Positions 58,331 to 64,000 of a stretch of 64,000 nt of DNA are shown here, piece after piece (the stretch's first letter is position 1; every line of letters begins with the position of its first letter). Source of the DNA: Chitinophagaceae bacterium (GTDB lineage: Bacteria; Bacteroidota; Bacteroidia; Chitinophagales; Chitinophagaceae); the NCBI GenBank assembly GCA_044221225.1, contig JBGAPQ010000018.1, positions 10,809 through 74,808 of the forward strand, read 5' to 3'. The translations under genes and the position numbers were made by a program. The notes under the pieces are model-generated. The model saw only the letters and a list, made by a program, of their open reading frames with translations. It ran no database searches and was not told where the DNA came from.

Positions 58331-58763
58331 AGTTGGCCGGCAGTTCATTTATCAGCTCCAGTTTTTCACCTTTTCTTTGCCAGGCATAAGTACTCTTCCC
58401 GTTTGCAATAACAAGGTAGGTTACGGGTACACTTATGTTGTACCGCAGTACCTGCTGCAGAACTACGTTGTCCAGTTTTATCTCCGGAGCTTTACATTCC
58501 ACCATCAGCCAGGGCTGGTATTCTTTATCATACACAAGAATATCAAACCGCTTTTTCAACTCACCCAGCCTGATTTCTTTTTCGATGGCAATTAGGGAGG
58601 CAGGGTATTTTTTTACCTGTAAAAGATATTGAACAAAATTTTGTCTCACCCATTCTTCAGGAGTAAGTAATAGCCATTTTTTGCGAAGCTGATCGAAAAT
58701 AAATTCTTTGCCCTCCTCCTTTTTAATGCGAAATGCAGGTTCGGGATAATTCACAATCACCAT
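58329..58763 (-). CDS. Type I restriction enzyme HsdR N-terminal (PD-(D/E)xK-like) domain protein, stand-alone
   Basis: 144 aa. IFDQLRKKWLLLTPEEWVRQNFVQYL ... RFDILVY ... MVECKAP matches the HSDR_N_2-type small proteins common in Bacteroidota. Confidence 0.65.
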   Translation of the reverse strand: MVIVNYPEPAFRIKKEEGKEFIFDQLRKKWLLLTPEEWVRQNFVQYLLQVKKYPASLIAIEKEIRLGELKKRFDILVYDKEYQPWLMVECKAPEIKLDNVVLQQVLRYNISVPVTYLVIANGKSTYAWQRKGEKLELINELPAN

Positions 58764-58794
58764 GCTTCAAAAGTAATTGTTTAAATTCGCCTTT

Positions 58795-59565
58795 ATGAAG
58801 ACAAAAGAAGAAATTGTACACAACTGGTTGCCCCGCTATACCGGGGAGCAATTAGAAAATTTTGGTGAATATATTCTGTTGACCAATTTCAGCAATTATG
58901 TAACCATGTTTGCAGAATGGAATAATGTACAGGTGACTGGTGAAGGCAAACCTATGCAATGTGCCACGTCAAATGATATAACAATTATCAACTTCGGTAT
59001 GGGAAGCCCTACTGCCGCCACCATAATGGATCTGCTGACGGCCATTAACCCAAAAGCTGTTCTGTTTCTTGGTAAGTGCGGTGGCCTGAAAAAAAGAAAT
59101 AAGATTGGCGACCTGATACTGCCGATAGCGGCAATAAGAGGTGAGGGTACTTCTAATGATTACTTTCCCGCTGAAGTACCGGCACTGCCAGCATTTGCAC
59201 TGCAAAAAGCAGTGTCTACCACCATCAGAGACCATGGCGTAGATTACTGGACAGGCACCGTTTATACCACTAACCGTCGTGTTTGGGAACATGATGAGCC
59301 TTTTAAAGAATACCTCCAAAAAATAAGAGCCTATGCGATTGACATGGAAACTGCAACCATTTTCACGGTTGGGTTCTACAACAAAATCCCCACTGGCGCA
59401 TTGCTGCTTGTAAGCGATCAACCCATGATACCGGAAGGTGTAAAAACAGAAGAAAGCGATAAAAAAGTAACAGCAAGTTTTGTAGAGAACCATCTGAAAA
59501 TCGGCATTGACTCACTCAAACAATTAATCAATGATGGATTAACTGTTCGCCACCTGAAATTCTAA
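58795..59565 (+). CDS. amn: AMP nucleosidase (short form) / PNP_UDP_1 nucleoside phosphorylase family
   Basis: It reads MKTKEEIVHNWLPRYTG... and has INFGMGSPTAA, GKCGGL and AIDMETATIF. I prefer ATG 58795 to TTG 58777. Confidence 0.75.
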   Translation: MKTKEEIVHNWLPRYTGEQLENFGEYILLTNFSNYVTMFAEWNNVQVTGEGKPMQCATSNDITIINFGMGSPTAATIMDLLTAINPKAVLFLGKCGGLKKRNKIGDLILPIAAIRGEGTSNDYFPAEVPALPAFALQKAVSTTIRDHGVDYWTGTVYTTNRRVWEHDEPFKEYLQKIRAYAIDMETATIFTVGFYNKIPTGALLLVSDQPMIPEGVKTEESDKKVTASFVENHLKIGIDSLKQLINDGLTVRHLKF

Positions 59566-59575
59566 AATCAAACAA

Positions 59576-59950
59576 ATGAAAGCTTTCCCTTCTCTTATCG
59601 CCATTTTTTTGCTGACTGTTTCAGCAGAGAACTGTGGTAAAAAAACTACCTCCAATTCATACAAAGGTCGTCTTGAAATAGCTGGAATTTGTATGAACTA
59701 TACTATCGGGTTGCTGGAGGGAGCTATTGACAGTTCATTAATAGCTGCCAGCTGGACGGATGAAACAAACGGCAAAACATATAATAATGTATTCAGGCTT
59801 GGCAGCCCCTGTAATTTTCCTGCTTCCATCAAACAGGGTGATGAGTTTTATTTTGTAATTGATAGTACTACGGCCCAAAACTGTGCTGTGTGCCAGGCTT
59901 ACTATCCTGCTCCCTCAAAATCATTGCGTATAAAAGTGGTACAGAAATAA
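59576..59950 (+). CDS. Small hypothetical lipoprotein
   Basis: 124 aa with a signal peptide and a Cys at ENCGKK. It has several Cys residues and no known motif. Confidence 0.45.
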   Translation: MKAFPSLIAIFLLTVSAENCGKKTTSNSYKGRLEIAGICMNYTIGLLEGAIDSSLIAASWTDETNGKTYNNVFRLGSPCNFPASIKQGDEFYFVIDSTTAQNCAVCQAYYPAPSKSLRIKVVQK

Positions 59951-61680
59951 TGCACCCGTTACTTCGCATAAAAAACCTTTCTGTAGATTTTATTGCAGAA
60001 TCAGGTATCACCAATGCATTAAAGAATATTTCACTAACCGTAAGCCGCGGTGAAATTGTTGCGTTAGTGGGAGAATCGGGTTCAGGAAAATCCGTTACAT
60101 CCCTTTCCATCCTGCAACTGCTCCCCTCTCCACCTGCCCAATATCCTTCCGGTGAAATTTTATTCTCTGAAAAAGAAAATGAAGAAACAGACCTGCTGAA
60201 AAGAAACCGCTATGAAATGCAGGACATCCGTGGTAATAAGATCGCCATGATTTTCCAGGAGCCGATGACATCTCTGAACCCGGTATTGACCTGCGGCGAC
60301 CAGGTGATGGAAGTGATACTTCTGCATAAAAAAATAGCAAAAGAAGAAGCAAAGCAGCAAACACTTAACTGGTTTGAAAAAGTGAAACTGCCTGATCCCA
60401 TTGCTGCTTTTAACCGGTATCCGCACCAATTAAGCGGCGGACAGAAACAACGGGTGATGATTGCAATGGCGATGTGCTGCGAACCATCTTTACTGATTTG
60501 TGATGAACCTACCACGGCCCTGGATGTTACTGTACAAAAAACAATACTTCAACTGATAAAAGAATTACAGCAACAAACCAATATGGGTGTTATCTTCATT
60601 ACACATGACCTTGGCGTAGTTGCTGAAATAGCAGACAGGGCTGTTGTAATGTACAGTGGGGAAATTGCAGAACAAAACACCGTAAAAGAAATTTTTACTC
60701 ATCCACAGCATCCCTACACCAAAGCATTACTGGCCTGCCGCCCCGTAAATCATCAGCGGGGAGAAAGATTGCCGGTAGTAAGTGACTTCTTAGAACAAAA
60801 TCCGGATACAGAAAGTCGGATACCAAAGACAATAATAAAAAACCCTGAAGAGAATACAATACAATCCGGTCGTAGTATTCAGGCCTCCGTTCTGCTTTCG
60901 GCACAAAACCTTTCTGTATGGTTCCCGGTCAAAAAAAATATATTGGGTAAAGCACTTTCATTCACAAAAGCAGTTGACAACGTAAGCTTTGATGTATATA
61001 AAAATGAAACATTAGGATTGGTGGGAGAAAGCGGCTGTGGAAAAACAACATTAGGACGTACCCTATTGCGGCTTATAGAACCTGCTTCAGGAAAAATTGT
61101 TTACAACGGAATTGACCTGACAGCTAAGAAAAGAGATGAACTGCATTCACTAAGGAAAGAGATACAAATCATTTTCCAGGATCCTTACTCTTCGCTGAAT
61201 CCGAGACTGACTATCGGCTCTGCCATAGCCGAGCCGATGAAAGTGCACCACATTTCAGGCAATGAAAAACAGCGAAAAGATAAAGTAGTTGAGTTATTAG
61301 AGAAAGTAAACCTGAAGGCAGAACACTTCAACCGCTACCCCCATGAATTCAGCGGCGGTCAGCGTCAACGCATTGTTATTGCCAGGGCCCTGGCATTGAA
61401 TCCTTCGTTTATTGTTTGTGACGAATCAGTATCTGCTTTGGATGTAAGTGTGCAGGCGCAGGTATTGAACCTGCTTAATGATCTGAAAAAGGAATTCGGC
61501 TTCACGGTTATTTTCATTTCTCATGATCTATCAGTTGTCCGTTATATCAGCGACAGGATTATGGTGATGAACATGGGCAAGATAGAAGAAAGCGGCCCGG
61601 CAGATGAAATCTATTTCAACCCGCAATCCCCCTGCACAAAAAACCTCATTGCATCTATTCCTAAAGGATTAACAGCCTGA
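59950..61680 (+). CDS. ABC transporter ATP-binding protein with duplicated ATPase domains (Dpp/Opp/GsiA-like)
   Basis: It has two Walker A motifs (GESGSGKS, GESGCGKT) and two signature motifs (LSGGQKQR, FSGGQRQR). The ATG at 59950 overlaps the preceding stop (TAATG). The ORF-track start at 59890 is less likely. Confidence 0.9.
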   Translation: MHPLLRIKNLSVDFIAESGITNALKNISLTVSRGEIVALVGESGSGKSVTSLSILQLLPSPPAQYPSGEILFSEKENEETDLLKRNRYEMQDIRGNKIAMIFQEPMTSLNPVLTCGDQVMEVILLHKKIAKEEAKQQTLNWFEKVKLPDPIAAFNRYPHQLSGGQKQRVMIAMAMCCEPSLLICDEPTTALDVTVQKTILQLIKELQQQTNMGVIFITHDLGVVAEIADRAVVMYSGEIAEQNTVKEIFTHPQHPYTKALLACRPVNHQRGERLPVVSDFLEQNPDTESRIPKTIIKNPEENTIQSGRSIQASVLLSAQNLSVWFPVKKNILGKALSFTKAVDNVSFDVYKNETLGLVGESGCGKTTLGRTLLRLIEPASGKIVYNGIDLTAKKRDELHSLRKEIQIIFQDPYSSLNPRLTIGSAIAEPMKVHHISGNEKQRKDKVVELLEKVNLKAEHFNRYPHEFSGGQRQRIVIARALALNPSFIVCDESVSALDVSVQAQVLNLLNDLKKEFGFTVIFISHDLSVVRYISDRIMVMNMGKIEESGPADEIYFNPQSPCTKNLIASIPKGLTA

Positions 61681-61693
61681 AATTATTACCCGG

Positions 61694-64000
61694 TCAGTCG
61701 GCATGTTGCGGCATCTCTGTTCCGTTCTTAATCCCTTCATAAAATTCTTTGGCGCTTTTTCTTCTTGAATACAATAGTTTCTTCAGTTCTTTATTCAATT
61801 GCTCAGGCAAGGCTTTGTTCGGGTCCAGTTTCACATCCGTAAATGAAGTGAAATTATACCGGTTATACTTTGCAAAATTGAAGAGATCGTATGCAAATGC
61901 CGGCATCCTCCGCTTTGCAGTATCATCAAATTGAAACTCTTTAGGGTTTTCCGGCACTAATCCTACAGTAGCCAGCTTCCAGCTCAAATCATCCTTCTTT
62001 GCTTTATATTTAAAGAAGTAGATGAACCCTCTCTTGCCCTTGTACTCTGTCTTTAACCTGTCCACATATATCAGTGAATCGGGCTTATCATAAGATTTTT
62101 CATTTAGCAATGCACTCTTCCCCAGGTCGAGGTGATTATTGTGAGCAGGCGGGAACTTCTCCCTTTTATTCATCTCTTTCAAATCACTGTATAGTTCATA
62201 CCTGTATTCATCAAGGCTGGCAAAATACGTAAGGAGGGTGTCCGGGTAAGGCTTGTTGGCCTTCAGCAGTTGCAGCATTGTTTTGTACTTCAGCTTTTTG
62301 TCGTTTGATGCCAGCATCTGTCCGGTCAATGTCCTCACAGCGGGTTGCGCATCCCAATAGGGCATCAGCAACCTTGCATAAAGACTCAGGTTCTCATTTC
62401 CTTTGTCCCTGTTTTCATAATCATCATAACCGGTATTCCCTTTTTTACCGCCCTTACTTTCTTCAGCTTTTTTAATAGCCCTCCTTTTTTCTGCTATTGA
62501 TTGTTTCTTTAATTCCTGTTTAGCTTCCAGCAGAAATTTGCTATAATACATTTCATACTCTTTTGGTTGAACGATATTACTGTCTGCCATTTTTCCAAGC
62601 AGCTTCATGATACTGTTCTTATAGTCTTCCAGGTTCAGCAAGGGCAATAATTCCGTTAAAATGTTTTTGGTAAGTCTCAGCGAGTCGGAAAGCTCATCCA
62701 TAAACCTCCCGTCATCCTGCCTGAAATCATTATCATATATATTTGTCATGTCCGGAACTGCATAGTCGGAATAATCATTGCTGCTGAAATCAAGTACCGG
62801 CGGCTCCGTACTGATTATATCCCGGAAAACCTGGTAAGCATACTTGTTCTTGTGCTGCAGCAGGTTTTCGAGTACCGGATATTGCAATTCCACGGTGTCA
62901 TCCAGCGCATAATAAAGTTCTTTTAAGAAATCGGCGGATTGTTTCGTTTTGATATCACCCAGTTTATTAATCAGCGATTTCTTGATCTCCATGTATTTTT
63001 TTTCTTTCCAGCTTAACCATGAAATGACTTTTTCTAACTCGGGTAAGTCAGACGAATCCAGGTAAATACTTCCGGTGTATTTTATTGCCTTTTTTCTCCT
63101 TACACTGTCAGTACTCATCATATCTGCAAAAAAAAGTCCGGATTTTTTTACAAATGGATTAATCCCCTTTAACGTATCTGCGGGAGTAAATGTTTCGTAA
63201 AAATTTTTAATAAAATTGCCCGGGGGAGTTAAAGTGTCCGATTGGGTTGTAAGCGAAAAAGTGATACCATCTTTATAGAAGGTCTTCATCCACAAAGTGC
63301 GGCTACTGCCACTGTCAGTAACAATGTTTTCCCATACTTTCATTTTACTGGGGAGCTCTGTTTTCTTAAACGATTTTACGATCCAGGTAGAATCACCCCT
63401 GAACGAATAGAATTTATTTTTATCCAGCAGGGTGCTGTCTTTACTATAATAATAACGGGAACTGCGGTAGAAAGTAATATAAATTTTTTCACCCGTCGTA
63501 TCATTGGCAATTACTTTACTGCGAAAAGCACCGCCATCCAGTATCAGGTCTTCGGTTTCTTCCCCGTCTTCATCATCATAGCTCCCTCCCATCAGGTTGT
63601 AGCGGGGAATATCAAGTCTTATTTTCTTTTCATCAGGATAAACAGGTGTGTTTACGCTAAAGTAAAGTGATGTGTCTTTTTGCTGCTTTGTTACGTCATA
63701 TATAAATGGTTTTATTACAAAAGAATTCAGGAAACCTGTCATTACCGGTGATTCTTGTTTGCCATGTGCCACTAATGTATAATAATGTGGCCCCTGGATG
63801 ATGTACCTTACTGAATAAATAAATCCTTCCTTATCCCTGTACTTCGCATCCATAGCCGGATAGCCTTTATAGATTGTTTGCTTTCTGCTGAGTTGTGTAT
63901 CTATAAATTCTGATGCTTTAAAACTCTCCTCCATCAGCCCCAGGTCGAAGCTGTCCTCTTCTGCAAATCCATAATTATGAATTTCACTTTTAATAACCCG
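61694..64000 (-). CDS. Large hypothetical protein, probably 5'-truncated by the window edge
   Basis: The frame stays open from 61694 past the ATG at 63934 to base 64000 (...RVIKSEIHNYGFAEEDSFDLGLMEE...). It is Lys/Tyr/Asp-rich with no recognised domain. Confidence 0.5.
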   Translation of the reverse strand, partial: RVIKSEIHNYGFAEEDSFDLGLMEESFKASEFIDTQLSRKQTIYKGYPAMDAKYRDKEGFIYSVRYIIQGPHYYTLVAHGKQESPVMTGFLNSFVIKPFIYDVTKQQKDTSLYFSVNTPVYPDEKKIRLDIPRYNLMGGSYDDEDGEETEDLILDGGAFRSKVIANDTTGEKIYITFYRSSRYYYSKDSTLLDKNKFYSFRGDSTWIVKSFKKTELPSKMKVWENIVTDSGSSRTLWMKTFYKDGITFSLTTQSDTLTPPGNFIKNFYETFTPADTLKGINPFVKKSGLFFADMMSTDSVRRKKAIKYTGSIYLDSSDLPELEKVISWLSWKEKKYMEIKKSLINKLGDIKTKQSADFLKELYYALDDTVELQYPVLENLLQHKNKYAYQVFRDIISTEPPVLDFSSNDYSDYAVPDMTNIYDNDFRQDDGRFMDELSDSLRLTKNILTELLPLLNLEDYKNSIMKLLGKMADSNIVQPKEYEMYYSKFLLEAKQELKKQSIAEKRRAIKKAEESKGGKKGNTGYDDYENRDKGNENLSLYARLLMPYWDAQPAVRTLTGQMLASNDKKLKYKTMLQLLKANKPYPDTLLTYFASLDEYRYELYSDLKEMNKREKFPPAHNNHLDLGKSALLNEKSYDKPDSLIYVDRLKTEYKGKRGFIYFFKYKAKKDDLSWKLATVGLVPENPKEFQFDDTAKRRMPAFAYDLFNFAKYNRYNFTSFTDVKLDPNKALPEQLNKELKKLLYSRRKSAKEFYEGIKNGTEMPQHAD

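Noticed and set aside
58329-58763. Type I restriction-modification system
   Set aside because: Only a stand-alone 144-aa HsdR_N-like domain is present. No hsdM, hsdS or helicase/nuclease body of HsdR is nearby, and this small protein is a common conserved Bacteroidota gene.

Overview
This is a Bacteroidota-type chromosomal segment. The evidence is T9SS porV-porU, a type-B CTD substrate, TAnnTTTG -7 promoter boxes, and rpsU-xerC-hpf / tRNA-tuf-tRNA-secE-nusG synteny.

Left end (1-9.4 kb): a visibly AT-rich type III-B (Cmr) CRISPR-Cas effector operon on the minus strand. Gene order is 4TM protein, cmr1, HD-less cas10, cmr3, cmr4, cmr5, cmr6, MNT, HEPN, second 4TM protein. A Cas6-like gene follows and runs off the left edge. 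I found no CRISPR array, no cas1/cas2 and no CARF/SAVED effector in the window. The main lead is this set of tightly coupled accessory genes: two paralogous 4-TM proteins plus an MNT-HEPN pair.

The rest looks like core genome:
- A PKD/DNRLRE lipoprotein.
- nusG-secE-tRNA(Trp)-tuf-tRNA(Thr,Gly,Tyr,Thr), then hpf, xerC, rpsU and ribE.
- A seven-gene envelope-modification operon: acyltransferase, GtrB-like GT2, two methyltransferases, a desaturase, YfhO and an unknown polytopic protein.
- An orphan HscA-like Hsp70.
- porV-porU, tyrS and two hydrolases.
- A cyanophycin locus: cphA divergent from a Tat-exported PLP enzyme, a permease and cyanophycinase.
- tRNA-Gln and a T9SS type-B CTD adhesin-like protein.
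- dTDP-rhamnose / amino-sugar genes, waaA and tdk.
- ccmBCD-like genes and an animal-GLUD-like glutamate dehydrogenase.
- An HsdR_N-domain protein, AMP nucleosidase, a double ABC ATPase, and a large unknown protein running off the right edge.

No rRNA, transposase or prophage genes were seen.
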